Positions 32,785-44,600 of a DNA stretch of 64,000 bases are shown piece after piece. The position numbers and the translations under genes are program-made. Each line of letters starts with the position of its first letter. Positions within the stretch are counted from its first letter, which is position 1. Origin of the DNA: Rebecca billardiae RCC1528 (Eukaryota > Protista > Haptophyta); NCBI GenBank assembly GCA_965240325.2, contig OZ251222.1:2914001-2978000 (forward strand), read 5' to 3'. The notes under the pieces were generated by a model that made no database searches, was not told the DNA's origin, and was given only the letters and a program-made list of their open reading frames with translations.

Positions 32785-34849
32785 TCAAATTCGAGTGCTA
32801 TATTCTAGGCAATATATGCCGTGCTTCTTCCGCTTGTGCGCCTGCGCATCCGGCGCGAGCGGCGCGCGGCATCGCGCGCGCCGCAGGCGGGGCGCCGCGC
32901 GCACGCTCAGTCAGCCAGCTCCGCGGCCGCGCTCGCGCGCTGCCAGCCGCCGCGGCCGCGCGCGCCCTGCGCCGCCCCATGGACTACCTTCAGGGCAACT
33001 TCCGACTGGTACTCGTGGTTGGAGGGGCACCCCGGGAAGTCGCACTTGAGCTTCTCAACGCCCCCAACGGGGTGCTTCTGCCGCTTGTGCGCCTGCGCAT
33101 CCGGCGCGAGCGGCGCGCGGCATCGCGCGCGCCGCAGGCGGGGCGCCGCGCGCACGCTCAGTCAGCCAGCTCCGCGGCCGCGCTCGCGCGCTGCCAGCCG
33201 CCGCGGCCGCGCGCGCCCTGCGCCGCCCCATGGACTACCTTCAGGGCATCTTCCGTCTGGTACTCGTGGTTGGAGGGGCACCCCGGGACGTCGCACTTGA
33301 ACGTCTTAACGCCCCCAACGGGGTGCTTCTTCCGCTTGTGCGCCTGCGCATCCGGCGCGAGCGGCGCGCGGCATCGCGCGCGCCGCAGGCGGGGCGCCGC
33401 GCGCACGCTCAGTCAGCCAGCTCCGCGGCCGCGCTCGCGCGCTGCCAGCCGCCGCGGCCGCGCGCGCCCTGCGCCGCCCCATGGACTACCTTCAGGGCAT
33501 CTTCCGACTGGTACTCGTGGTTGGAGGGGCACCCCGGGAAGTCGCACTTGAACGTCTTAACGCCCCCAACGGGGTGCTTCTGCCGCTTGTGCGCCTGCGC
33601 ATCCGGCGCGAGCGGCGCGCGGCATCGCGCGCGCCGCAGGCGGGGCGCCGCGCGCACGCTCAGTCAGCCAGCTCCGCGGCCGCGCTCGCGCGCTGCCAGC
33701 CGCCGCGGCCGCGCGCGCCCTGCGCCGCCCCATGGACTACCTTCAGGGCAACTTCCGACTGGTACTCGTGGTTGGAGGGGCACCCCGGGAAGTCGCACTT
33801 GAGCTTCTCAACGCCCCCAACGGGGTGCTTCTGCCGCTTGTGCGCCTGCGCATCCGGCGCGAGCGGCGCGCGGCATCGCGCGCGCCGCAGGCGGGGCGCC
33901 GCGCGCACGCTCAGTCAGCCAGCTCCGCGGCCGCGCTCGCGCGCTGCCAGCCGCCGCGGCCGCGCGCGCCCTGCGCCGCCCCATGGACTACCTTCAGGGC
34001 AACTTCCGACTGGTACTCGTGGTTGGAGGGGCACCCCGGGAAGTCGCACTTGAGCTTCTCAACGCCCCCAACGGGGTGCTTCTGCCGCTTGTGCGCCTGC
34101 GCATCCGGCGCGAGCGGCGCGCGGCATCGCGCGCGCCGCAGGCGGGGCGCCGCGCGCACGCTCAGTCAGCCAGCTCCGCGGCCGCGCTCGCGCGCTGCCA
34201 GCCGCCGCGGCCGCGCGCGCCCTGCGCCGCCCCATGGACTACCTTCAGGGCATCTTCCGTCTGGTACTCGTGGTTGGAGGGGCACCCCGGGACGTCGCAC
34301 TTGAACGTCTTAACGCCCCCAACGGGGTGCTTCTTCCGCTTGTGCGCCTGCGCATCCGGCGCGAGCGGCGCGCGGCATCGCGCGCGCCGCAGGCGGGGCG
34401 CCGCGCGCACGCTCAGTCAGCCAGCTCCGCGGCCGCGCTCGCGCGCTGCCAGCCGCCGCGGCCGCGCGCGCCCTGCGCCGCCCCATGGACTACCTTCAGG
34501 GCATCTTCCGTCTGGTACTCGTGGTTGGAGGGGCACCCCGGGAAGTCGCACTTGAACGTCTTAACGCCCCCAACGGGGTGCTTCTGCCGCTTGTGCGCCT
34601 GCGCATCCGGCGCGAGCGGCGCGCGGCATCGCGCGCGCCGCAGGCGGGGCGCCGCGCGCACGCTCAGTCAGCCAGCTCCGCGGCCGCGCTCGCGCGCTGC
34701 CAGCCGCCGCGGCCGCGCGCGCCCTGCGCCGCCCCATGGACTACCTTCAGGGCAACTTCCGACTGGTACTCGTGGTTGGAGGGGCACCCCGGGAAGTCGC
34801 ACTTGAGCTTCTCAACGCCCCCAACGGGGTGCTTCTGCCGCTTGTGCGC
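32785..34849 (-). CDS. Tandem C2H2 zinc-finger array gene, one exon-intron unit per finger (5' exon(s) uncertain)
   Basis: Eight 105-nt phase-0 exons (34849-34745, 34598-34494, 34347-34243, 34096-33992, 33845-33741, 33594-33490, 33343-33239, 33092-32988) separated by 146-nt GTAGTC...CTGAC...GCGCAG introns. Terminal exon 32841-32785 reads AHKRKKHGIYCLEYSTRI*. Spliced repeat is KCD[FV]PGCPSNHEYQ[ST]E[VD]ALK|AHKR[QK]KH = C-x4-C-x14-H-x4-H with Y-x5-L-x2-H. Confidence 0.8.
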
Positions 34850-34962
34850 CTGCGCATCCGGCGCGAGCGGCGCGCGGCATCGCGCGCGCCGCAGGCGGGG
34901 CGCCGCGCGCACGCTCAGTCAGCCAGCTCCGCGGCCGCGCTCGCGCGCTGCCAGCCGCCGCG
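32821..34962. repeat. 251-bp tandem repeat, about 8.5 copies
   Basis: ATGGACTACC recurs at 32979, 33230, 33481, 33732, 33983, 34234, 34485 and 34736. Confidence 0.97.
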
Positions 34963-35541
34963 CCATCACGCGCGCCGCACAGGCATGGGGCGCCGATGGT
35001 GACCGTGACTGGTCCCCGCGCGCTCGTTTGCAAGCTGGGTGCACCCGTCGGCGGGCGCGGGGAGGATAGATCGGACGCGAAGGTCCACAGCACCTGCGGC
35101 CAAGCTCGTCCCGTCGTTCTCGTCCCGCGATCATTCACGATGCGCTCAGCCAATGCCACCACCCTATCGGGGACGGCCGACGGCGCGGCCGCAGGCGTGT
35201 CGCGCCGAGAAGCCGAGAGAGGGCCGAATATGCGTTGTTGGACAATGTCGCCGAAGCGGTCCCAACCGGCGGCGTCCGTCGAGGGTTGCCCGGGCCCTGT
35301 GGCGCCCCGTTTCATGGACATCCAGGCACGGCGTCTGTAGCCTGCCCGCCGGCAGCGGCGAGGGCGGTCGTGCGTGCGGCTGTCGGGTGAACCAAGGGTG
35401 GTCGGTGAACAATACGGTAGGGCGCCGGACGCAATACTGCATGGGTTCAAACCCCCAGTTTCCAGGTCTCTCTTCGGAGAGCGTGCGATGAAGGATGGCG
35501 CGGCAACCTGCCACCGTGAGCCTTACGCACGTTAAAACAAA

Positions 35542-36030
35542 GGGAAAACCCCGGAAGTCCGACGAGGACCGACCGAGCAACCAGAACTCCGACAAACCTC
35601 CGCATCTCAGCACGGCGATTTCCGGACTGGCACCCCCGCCAGTTTTCCGACGGCCAGAAGCTTCGGGAGCGAGCAAATGGCGCCGCTCGCCCGCAACGCG
35701 GAAGATACCGCTCGCGGCGAACCGGCGCGAACGCCCGCCTTGTATTCGGGCGGAGTACCCTAATGAGCGGGGGTGGGTACTTTCGTATTGCGCGCAGCCT
35801 GACGCCCACCCGCGACGAAACGACGCCGTCGACTCCTCCCGCCCGGACCGCCGCCGGAACGTTGCTCGTCAATTAGTTAGAGAAATGCGACGCCGGGGGG
35901 CGCGCCGCAAAACTTGCTCCCGAGCTCGCCACGAGGGACGATCGATGCCTCGCACGACGTTAAGGGGGTACGCCTGCCACGCGCGCGGGCGTCGTGCGCG
36001 CGCCGCGTGGTCGCGCGCGGCGCATCGCGC
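35542..36030 (+). repeat. MULE left TIR
   Basis: Reverse complement of 52841-53329 except 3 mismatches in the first 9 bp, a 13-nt divergent patch (35939-35951) and a few single differences seen by eye. Confidence 0.95.
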
Positions 36031-39000
36031 GCGCGTGTGTCTTCGTTCGCGCGCGCGGCGTGCGCTCGCGCATGTCGTCACGCCGTGCGTTCTGCGTCGT
36101 TGCGCGGCGTCGTGCCCGTGTGCCGCGCGCAGGCCGCCGCCGCCTGCGGGGACGACTCCGACTGCGACGAGCTTCGCGAACGGGGCTGCTGTGGACGTGG
36201 TGTACGAGCAGGGTGCACCGGCAGTCCGTGCTGTGGTCGCGGCGCTTGGGGTCGGCGCACACGGGCGAGTGCAGACGTACGTCCTCCGGGCTGCCGAGGG
36301 AGTGTCTGCTCATGCGTGGGCTGCGGTCCCTGGCGACACCGTCGGTGCGTCCGCGGATGGAACAGTCGAGGGCGCAGGCTCGTTGAAGAGGGTGCCAGCG
36401 GCGCACGTGCGTGCGCCGCCCGCCGGCGAGCAGTGCGCCGAGCAGGGGCAGGGCGCCGAGCAGGGCGCCGAGCAGGGCGCCCTGCTCGGCGCCCTGCTCG
36501 GCGCCGAGCCGGGCGCCGAGCAGGGCAAGCAGGCCGCCGAGCAGGGCGCCGAGCCGGGCGCCGAGCCGGGCGCCGAGCAGGGCGCCGAGCAGGGCGCCCA
36601 GCCGGGCGCCGGGCAGGGCGCCGGGCAGGGCAAGCAGGCCGCCGAGCAGGGCGCCGAGCCGGGCGCCGAGCAGGGCGCCGAGCAGGGCAAGCAGGGCGCC
36701 CAGCCGGGCGCCGGGCCGGGCGCCGAGCCGGGCGCCGAGCAGGGCAAGCAGGCCGCCGAGCAGGGCGCCGAGCCGGGCGCCGAGCAGGGCGCCGAGCAGG
36801 GCGCCCAGCCGGGCGCCGGGCAGGGCGCCGGGCCGGGCGCCGGGCCGGGCGCCGAGCAGGGCAAGCAGGGCGCCGAGCAGGGCGCCGAGCAGGGCGCCGA
36901 GCAGGGCGCCGAGCAGGGCGCCCAGCCGGGCGCCGGGCATGGCAAGCAGGCCGCCGAGCAGGGCACCGAGCCGGGCGCCGAGCAGGGCGCCGAGCAGGGC
37001 GCCCAGCCGGGCGCCGAGCAGGGCGCCGAGCAGGGCGCCGACGGCCGGCCGGCCCGCCACGGCAGCACGCGCGTGGGCGGCGGCAGCTACGCCGCCCAGG
37101 GCATCCAGCAGGAGGCTGCGGGGCAGCGCGGCGCGCAGGGGGCGGCTCACCACAACGGGCGCGGCGGCGTGCGGACGCGGGCCATGCGCCGCCAGCCGCC
37201 ACGTGCGCCACCCGCCGAAGCGCTGCCCGGCGTCACCTCGGCGCCGACGGCGCCGCCGTCGGCGCCGACGGCGGTCGCAGGCGTCACGGCGGCGCCGGCG
37301 GCGCCGCCTGCGGCCGCCGGCGGCCCCGCGACAAGCGACGAACGCGCCGAGCCGCCACGCGCACCCGTCGCAACGCTGGCGCCGGCGCCGGCGCCGCCGC
37401 CGGCGCCGACGGCGGTCGCCGGCGTCACGGCGGCGCCGGCGGCGCCGCCTTCGGCCGCCGGCGGCCCCGCGACAAGCGACGAACGCGCCGAGCCGCCACG
37501 CGCACCCGTCGAAACGCTGGCGGGTGCCACCGGCGTCACCGCGGCGGCGCCGGCGCCGCCGCCTGCGGCCGCCGGCGGCCCCGCGACGCGCGCCGAACGC
37601 GCCGAGCCGCCACGCGCACCCGCCGAGGCGCCGGCGGCTGCCACCGGCGTCACCGCGGCGGCGCCGGCGCCGCCGGCGCCGGCTGCGGCCGCCGACGGCC
37701 CCGCGGGCGTCAACTCAGATGACTCCGGTGGTGCTGCCTCGGGCGAGGTGGCACGGGCGGCGACGGCGTCGACCGCGACGCGCGCCGAACGCGCCGAGCC
37801 GCCACGCGCACCCGCCGAGGCGCCGGCGGCTGCCACCGGCGTCACCGCGGCGGCGCCGGCGCCGCCGGCGCCGGCTGCGGCCGCCGACGGCCCCGCGGGC
37901 GTCAACTCAGATGACTCCGGTGGTGCTGCCTCGGGCGAGGTGGCACGGGCGGCGACGGCGTCGATGGGTGGAGCGGCGGCTGGCGCAGCGGGGTCGCACT
38001 CCCATGCACCACAGCAGGCGCCCGCCGCCGCGCAACCCGGCGGTGGCGGCCACGCGGACGACGGCGGCGGCGTCTACGGCAGCGGCGACGGCGGCTCACG
38101 CGAGCTGTTCGCGATGAGCGATGTCTTGCAGCACGTGGATCATTTCTTCAGCGGCATCTTCGGGAAACGCCGGAGGTTCGGCGGAGACACGCCCGCCGCG
38201 CCGGCGCAGGCGCACGCGCACGTGCTGGTGCGCCCCAGCGCGGTGGCGGATGCGGACGCGCGGACGACGAAGCACGGGCCGCAACCGAACAACGGCCGAT
38301 TGGTGCCGGCCATCCTCAGGTTCAACCGCGCGTTCGCGTCACGGCATCTCGGCGGCGGCGGCGGCACGGTCCGCGTGGTGAACGTGGTGTGCGATGCCAC
38401 GAACAACAAGCACTTCGGCGTGCTCACGGATGCCGACGCTGTGCGCGAGCTGTGCGCCTCGGGCGCCTTGCACACGCGCAGCGAGGTGGACGATGCGGTG
38501 CGCGAGTTCTACGCCGGCGCCGCCGCGAGCGTCGGCGGCGGCTCTGTCTCTGAGCTCGCCCTGCGCGCAGCAGGCGAGCACTTCGGTGTGCACGGCCCGT
38601 TGCCCTACGTCCTCGACGCGGACGTGCGAGTCGCCTTAGCGGACGCTGAGGCCGACGACGATGGCGTCGCAGGCGGCGACGCGCCCTGGGTTCACCGGGC
38701 GCTTGCGTTGCCCTCGATGCGGCGCTCGGGACAGGCGGTGTTCGGCCTCCCCGCCGTGGTTGCACAGGCGCCCTCCTGGTGCGCGCTTGTGCCCACGCCG
38801 CTGCGGGCGCCCGCTGAGCAGGGGACGTCGCCTTTGCTGCACGCCGCCGTGGCCGTGGTGGACTACCGGTCCGTGGACACCGACGACACCGACGAGTCGG
38901 AGCCCGTCGTCGGCGCGCACGCGTACGCCATCCGCTTCGAGGAGGGCTGGCGCCTCCTCACCTTCGCCACGCGGCCGCCCAGTGGTGCGGCGGGCGCGAT

Positions 39001-41665
39001 GACGGCTGCGACGTGCACGGACCTCACGGTCGGAGCCTTCGCCGCCGCCGTCAGCCGGCGTGAGGTTGCTGCGTGCGAGCTGCAGTCAGCGCCGCGGGCC
39101 ATGGCGCCCCCCGTCCAGCACGCCGCCCCCGCGCTCCACGACCCGCCGCCCAGCCCGGACGAGACGGACGCGTTGCCGCCCCGCCCGCGCCGGGACGTGG
39201 TCCCGACGTCCACGGACGTGCTCATGGGCGCCTCCGCGGTGTGCAGCGCGCTCGGCATCGGGCCATGCCATTGGGCGCCCGATGGCGACCCGCCCGGGCT
39301 CATGACGAACGCCGCGGCCATCGCGGAGGCGGCGCTCACGTACGTGCAGTCGAACTACGACGTGATTGGGGGCACGGCGGCGTCGGCGGACCTGCTGCAC
39401 ACGCTCCACCAGATCATGGTCGCCGGCCGCCCGCAGCGCTCGTTTGACAGGCCTCTCCCCCGGCCGGGCGGTGGGACGCGCGTGCGCGTCGCAGGCGTCG
39501 TCGGCGAGCTGCCCGTCCATGAACAAGAGCTGATGCTCGCCTCGAAGCACACGTGCGTCGCGGCGGCCATCGCGTGCGCCTCGGCGCTCGTGCTGCGCGT
39601 CAAGGCGGCACACCTGCGATACGACGCCCTCGCCGACGTCAGCGTGGGCGATGGTGCGTCCTTCGAGGCGGCGGACTACCTCACCAAGGTGCGCATCGTC
39701 AGCGCACGGCTCGTCGCGCCCGAGCGGAAGAAGCGGCTCACCTTCGAGCTCCTCGCCGTCTCCGAGGATAACGCCGGTGCTTACGACCGCGTGCTCAACG
39801 CCGACACGAGCTCGCGGGCACTCCACCGGGACGAGGTGCTCGAGTTCACCTACGTGCCTTCGAAGACGCGCTCGTGGAAGTCGACGGAGGCGCTGTCAAC
39901 GCACAGCCGCGCGGCGGCCGGCGACGACGCCGACGCCGGCAACTTCGGCACGCTGTTCTTCGTCCCGCACATGCGCGACCCCGTGAAGGCAGCCGCCCTG
40001 GCGCGCCCGCCGCCTGCCGGGACGCCACCTGCCGCGCCGCCCGTGGGTGCGATTGTGGACTTTCGCCCCTTGTGCATCAGCGTGTGGGCTGACATCGTCC
40101 CGTTCTGCCAGGATCGGCTCTGGACGCACCCGGCGGACCCAGTCACCGGCAAAAGCAGCGGCGTGGACGCGCCGAAGATGTACGCCGCCGCGCTCCACAG
40201 GCGCGCGCCCTCGCTGGCGCGGCACGTACAGGCGGCGCCAGCGCGCAAGCGTCGCCTGAACGAACGCGGCGCCGACGCGGGCGGCGCGGGCGGCGCCGCC
40301 GGTGGGCGTGTGGTGGCGCGCCGGCCGGCCGGCGACCCGGGCCGCGTCGCCGTCACACGGCCATCCGCCGTCGCGCGCGCACCCGGGCCACCCGAACAGG
40401 CGACGCGCATGTGCACCGAGCTCGCTGCGGCCCACGCGGCCCACGCCCAGCTCGCTGAGATGGTGCACGGCATCCCCAACGCAATGGCACAAGCGATCGG
40501 ACAACTCGCTGCGAACGACGCCAAGCGCCAGAAGGAGTACGAGGCCTGGCGCGCGGCGGACGACGAGCGGCGCCGGCTGGAGCGCGCGGCGGACGAGGCC
40601 TGGCGCCAGCAGGAGCGCGCGGAGGCGGCGCGCCGACGCGACGAGGATCGCGCGGCCGCAATGAAACGTGACGAGATCGCGAGCGCGATGGTGGCGTCTA
40701 TGCAGGCGTTGACGCAGTTCATGATGGACCGCAGCGCAGGTGGCGCACAGCCCGGCCCGCACGCGTCGGCGCACGCGGCGTGCGTCCAGCTGCCAACAGG
40801 CGAAGCACCGCACGGCGCGCACGCCCCGGCTGCGGGCCCGTCGGTGAGCGCTGCGTCCGCTGCGCCCACGTCGCGCGCACCCACGGCACGGCGTGGCGCG
40901 CCGCCGCCGGTCGCATTCGGCCAGCGCGCGCGGCGCCGAGTGCCGCCCCCTGACTCGCGTGTGCCCGCCAGGCCGCTGCACTGTCGCTCCGTGCGCCGGC
41001 CGCGCAGGCCGACGAAGCCCCCGCGGGCCAGCCCCCGCCGGCCGCGCAGTAGACGCCGACCCACAAGGGCGCGTCCTGACGTGCCCACGCGCCGCCCACA
41101 GGTGCGCGCACACACCACATCGGGCGGCGCCAGCCGTGCGCACGCCGAGCGGCGTGTACGCGCAGCCCTGGCTCAGTCGCGCCCGACCGCCCCCGTGCGC
41201 GCGCGCGCGTCGCGGTGGCGTGCACAGGCTGCGCGCCACCCGGGGCGGCCACGCGGGTGGCCGCCACCGCTGGCAGCATCTGGCCACGAGCTCGGCACCC
41301 GGGGTGCCGGCGGAGTGGCTCGTCGGGATCGCCGTGGCCTGAGCCCGATTCTCCGAGCACACGGCCACAGGCACCCCCCCGGCCAGCGCCTCTGCGCCAC
41401 TCGCAGTGACGGCGCCACAAGGGCCTACGGCGGGGCCCGCCGAGAAGGTCTTAGCGCAGGTCTTAGCGGGATGCAAGCAGCGCCACGCGCGACAACACTG
41501 ATACACGCCGCCGGGGGCCCACACTGTGCCGGCCCGTGCTATGTCGTCGTCAGCTCGGACGCAGGCCGGCCGGCCGGTGCCGAGTCGGCGCCTGTCGTTC
41601 TGTTAGCTGGCACCTGGCGTGCTCAGGCGGCGTGGTGCGCACTCAACGTACTCCTGCAAGGGTGA
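35945..41665 (+). CDS. MULE second gene (mudrB-position), large orphan protein
   Basis: Uninterrupted ORF. Candidate ATG at 35945 with an in-frame intron 35968-36132. Possible Tudor/SH3-like N-terminus, [QP]GAE repeats, A/P-rich repeats, a ~700-aa globular-looking middle and a coiled coil. The 3' part after about 40850 probably needs further splicing. Confidence 0.7.
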   Translation: MPRTTLRGYACHARGRRARAAWSRAAHRARVCLRSRARRALAHVVTPCVLRRCAASCPCAARRPPPPAGTTPTATSFANGAAVDVVYEQGAPAVRAVVAALGVGAHGRVQTYVLRAAEGVSAHAWAAVPGDTVGASADGTVEGAGSLKRVPAAHVRAPPAGEQCAEQGQGAEQGAEQGALLGALLGAEPGAEQGKQAAEQGAEPGAEPGAEQGAEQGAQPGAGQGAGQGKQAAEQGAEPGAEQGAEQGKQGAQPGAGPGAEPGAEQGKQAAEQGAEPGAEQGAEQGAQPGAGQGAGPGAGPGAEQGKQGAEQGAEQGAEQGAEQGAQPGAGHGKQAAEQGTEPGAEQGAEQGAQPGAEQGAEQGADGRPARHGSTRVGGGSYAAQGIQQEAAGQRGAQGAAHHNGRGGVRTRAMRRQPPRAPPAEALPGVTSAPTAPPSAPTAVAGVTAAPAAPPAAAGGPATSDERAEPPRAPVATLAPAPAPPPAPTAVAGVTAAPAAPPSAAGGPATSDERAEPPRAPVETLAGATGVTAAAPAPPPAAAGGPATRAERAEPPRAPAEAPAAATGVTAAAPAPPAPAAAADGPAGVNSDDSGGAASGEVARAATASTATRAERAEPPRAPAEAPAAATGVTAAAPAPPAPAAAADGPAGVNSDDSGGAASGEVARAATASMGGAAAGAAGSHSHAPQQAPAAAQPGGGGHADDGGGVYGSGDGGSRELFAMSDVLQHVDHFFSGIFGKRRRFGGDTPAAPAQAHAHVLVRPSAVADADARTTKHGPQPNNGRLVPAILRFNRAFASRHLGGGGGTVRVVNVVCDATNNKHFGVLTDADAVRELCASGALHTRSEVDDAVREFYAGAAASVGGGSVSELALRAAGEHFGVHGPLPYVLDADVRVALADAEADDDGVAGGDAPWVHRALALPSMRRSGQAVFGLPAVVAQAPSWCALVPTPLRAPAEQGTSPLLHAAVAVVDYRSVDTDDTDESEPVVGAHAYAIRFEEGWRLLTFATRPPSGAAGAMTAATCTDLTVGAFAAAVSRREVAACELQSAPRAMAPPVQHAAPALHDPPPSPDETDALPPRPRRDVVPTSTDVLMGASAVCSALGIGPCHWAPDGDPPGLMTNAAAIAEAALTYVQSNYDVIGGTAASADLLHTLHQIMVAGRPQRSFDRPLPRPGGGTRVRVAGVVGELPVHEQELMLASKHTCVAAAIACASALVLRVKAAHLRYDALADVSVGDGASFEAADYLTKVRIVSARLVAPERKKRLTFELLAVSEDNAGAYDRVLNADTSSRALHRDEVLEFTYVPSKTRSWKSTEALSTHSRAAAGDDADAGNFGTLFFVPHMRDPVKAAALARPPPAGTPPAAPPVGAIVDFRPLCISVWADIVPFCQDRLWTHPADPVTGKSSGVDAPKMYAAALHRRAPSLARHVQAAPARKRRLNERGADAGGAGGAAGGRVVARRPAGDPGRVAVTRPSAVARAPGPPEQATRMCTELAAAHAAHAQLAEMVHGIPNAMAQAIGQLAANDAKRQKEYEAWRAADDERRRLERAADEAWRQQERAEAARRRDEDRAAAMKRDEIASAMVASMQALTQFMMDRSAGGAQPGPHASAHAACVQLPTGEAPHGAHAPAAGPSVSAASAAPTSRAPTARRGAPPPVAFGQRARRRVPPPDSRVPARPLHCRSVRRPRRPTKPPRASPRRPRSRRRPTRARPDVPTRRPQVRAHTTSGGASRAHAERRVRAALAQSRPTAPVRARASRWRAQAARHPGRPRGWPPPLAASGHELGTRGAGGVARRDRRGLSPILRAHGHRHPPGQRLCATRSDGATRAYGGARREGLSAGLSGMQAAPRATTLIHAAGGPHCAGPCYVVVSSDAGRPAGAESAPVVLLAGTWRAQAAWCALNVLLQG
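36436..37040 (+). repeat. 12-bp coding minisatellite (GCCGAGCAGGGC; [11 protein letters not shown])
   Basis: Direct observation. Confidence 0.95.
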
Positions 41666-44600
41666 TGTAGCTCGCATGAAGTGCGCCAGACGCCCCTCGT
41701 TGTTGTCGCGCGCCGAACGCGCCTCCAGGGGCGCCGTCGCCGACACCACCGCGCCGAAGTGGCAACGGCCGTCGTACACCACGGCCATCCACGTCGTGCC
41801 CAACTGCGTGACGTCCAGACGCTGCAAGGCGCGCCGCGTGCGCTCGTCACGCAGGCGCAGGTGCGCATGCGTGCTCACTGCGACGCTGCCCTTGCGCCCG
41901 CCGTCGTCAGTCCGCCGCCAGCGAAGGCCCGGCCGCGTCTGCACGGGGTAGAACCAGACGTTGTCGGTGAACGCGCGCCACGCCGCCTCCTCCGGCGTAG
42001 CCCCGCCGCGCAGCTCAAGGACCACCAGCGGCAGGCCCGTGGCGCGCGCCGTCGCGACGTGCGAGCCCCACGCCGACCACGCACCAGCGCGCGCCGCATG
42101 CGCGCCAGCGCCGTCGCCCGTGTACCGGGCGCCGCGCGCGTACGCGCGCGCCGCTGCTCCCAGCGTCCGCACGCCTCCAGTATGTCGCAGTGGCAGTGGC
42201 AGCACCTCCTGCCAGTCCTCGTCCTGCACTTCGAGTCCTTGGCCGGTGCGGGCCCGGGGGATGGATGCTGGCTTGACGCCAAGCATGCCGAGCGCGCTTG
42301 CCGCCGACGCCGTGGCCGACGCCGTGCCGAGCGTCTCGCCCGGTCCGTGCTCGTCCTCCCACGACGCGATGTACGAGCACACGCCGTCGCGCAGCGTCTG
42401 CGCGCGCGCGTTGGCGGCGGGCAGGTCGGCCCGCACGCCACGCGTGTCGTGCGCGAGCCACGCGTGAAAGTAGCAGTCGCCATCGCCGGGAACGTCCTGC
42501 ACGCTCGTGCCGCCGCCGAAGAGCTCGCGGATGGCCGCGGCGACGTTGCCGTCGCCATCCACGCCGCCGGGTGCTCCGGTCTGTGCACCAGCCCGCGCCT
42601 CGGGCGGCAACGCCGGCGGCAGGGGCAGCACGGGGAAGCCCAGGCGCTCGAGCAGGACCGCGGCGTCGTCCACCGGCGCGTGCACGTGTGCGGCGGCCGC
42701 CGGAGCCACCGCAGCCGGCGCAGCCCCGTGCCCGGCGGGCGCCGGCGCCGCCGCACCCGCGTCCACGGTGGCGTCCGTCGCCGCCGCGGCGCGCGGCGCG
42801 GCTGCGCCGCGTGGCGCGGCATCACCCGCCGTCACGTCAGCGCGGCATCGCTCCGCCGTCACGTCAGCGGCGGTCTCGCCCAAGGCCAGGCGCAGCCCCA
42901 AGCCCACGTCGCACCGCCATGCCCCGTCGGAGCCGTCGAGAGGGACCACCTCGGTGCCGAACGCGCTCGGGTCCAGCGCATCCACCTCGCACCCGCGCCG
43001 CCTGGACGCCAGCCTCACGTGCGCGTCCGCAGCCGGCTGGAACGCACTCCAGCGCGACGCCGGCAACACCCCGTGCGCGCGCGGGGTGGCCTGCGGCGCA
43101 ACCACTGCGTAGAACTGCCGGCGAGGACACACGTTGCGCACGATGGCCACCCAGCCGGTGCCCATCGCCCCGACGTCGAGCGTGCGCAGGACGCGTGCGT
43201 GCGTCTCGCGTCCCAGGCTCAGGCGCGCTTCGCACAGCGGACGTGCGTCCGCGTGCGCGGCGCCTGCGTCGGGCGTGTCGGCGCGCCGGCGCTTCGCGCC
43301 GGCGCCCCCGCGAGCGCGTGGCGCCGCCGGCGCCGGCGGCACGCGCACTGCCGTCGGAGGATACCACCGCACGTGCTCACGCATGGCGACGCCGTGCACG
43401 TCGCGAGCTCGGCGTGCGTAGGCCATGTCGAAGACGAGGAGGTGCACGCCGGCGGCGCGAGCGACTGCCGCGTACCACTCAGGGCCATCGCACGTGTTGC
43501 CCGGGCTGCTGACGTACCCGTCGCACGTGTACTCCGCCGCTCGCACTGCCAGCGTCACTGCGTCGTCCAGATCGCGCACGCCCTGGCCGGGGGTGTGCCA
43601 CGACGACGAGTCGTCGGGGGCCACCATGCGCAGAGCCCGCAAACGCGCCTGCCCAGCTTCGTCGCCACCTGCGCTCTCCGGGGGAAGTGCGCGCACGTCA
43701 GCGCCGCACAAGCCGATGAAGCGCGCCTGCGCTCGCAGGTCCTCTGCCGACTCGGCCGGGCCCAGCGCGCCACCCCAGCCGACGGAGTGCTCGGTGGGCG
43801 TGGCATGCGCGTGCGCGGCCAGCCACGACGCGGCCGCCGCGCGCAGGCGCCGCGCGCAGCACGCCCACCACAGGGCCTCAAGCGTGCTGGGCGGACGCGC
43901 CCGCGCGTGCGCGTGCGCGAGCACCGCGTGCAGCACGTCGTCACCGTCGGCTGGCACGGGCAACGGCTGTGCGGCGCCCGCGCCCCAGAGGTCGTCGAGC
44001 ACTGCCTGGGCGCAGCAGAGCCGTAATCGGGCGAATTCGGCGTCGTGGTCGTCTGCGCCGGCGGCGGCGTCGGCGGCGTGGAACAGGCGCACCGGCGCGT
44101 GGCGGTCATCGCCCGCGGCGCGCGCTCCAGCGTCGCGCACCGGCAGACCAGTGCGCGCCAAGTGGGCGACCGCGTCGTCCGCGGTGGCGACGGCTGTGTC
44201 GTCCGCGGCACCAGACGTGCCACGCGCCGTCCCCAGCAGGTCGGCGCCTGCGCGCGTTGGGCCCGGCGTCGGCACCGACCGCGCCGCCGACGATGGCCCC
44301 GCCGTGGACGCGCGGGCGCCCGCCGCCTGGCGCGAAGCCGGCGGCAGGCGCCCATCCGCGGCCGCACCGCCCGCGTCGTCGGCGGCGGCCGCAGTCCGAG
44401 GGCGCTTGGGCGCGCACGGCGCAGACGCGGCCCCCGCGCCCGCGCGGGAGGTGCCAGCCGCGGCGCCCGCCTGGCCTGCGGCGCCTGCGCCCGCGCCGCC
44501 GCCGCCAGCCAGGACGTCCGCCAGGCCCGCCGCCGCCGCCGCGACGTCGTGTGCGCCTGCGTGCGCCCACACGTGGGAGGCCGCGTTCGGAGCGGCGCCG

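Noticed and set aside
32821-34962. CRISPR-like array or plus-strand 190-aa repeat ORFs
   Set aside because: There are no unique spacers. Units are contiguous near-identical 251-mers in a eukaryotic context, and the plus-strand ORFs are frame-walking shadows of the minus-strand exon/intron array.
35495-35944. First 150 codons of the 2056-aa ORF
   Set aside because: They cross the TSD and lie in the TIR; likely promoter/UTR that is open by chance in GC-rich DNA.
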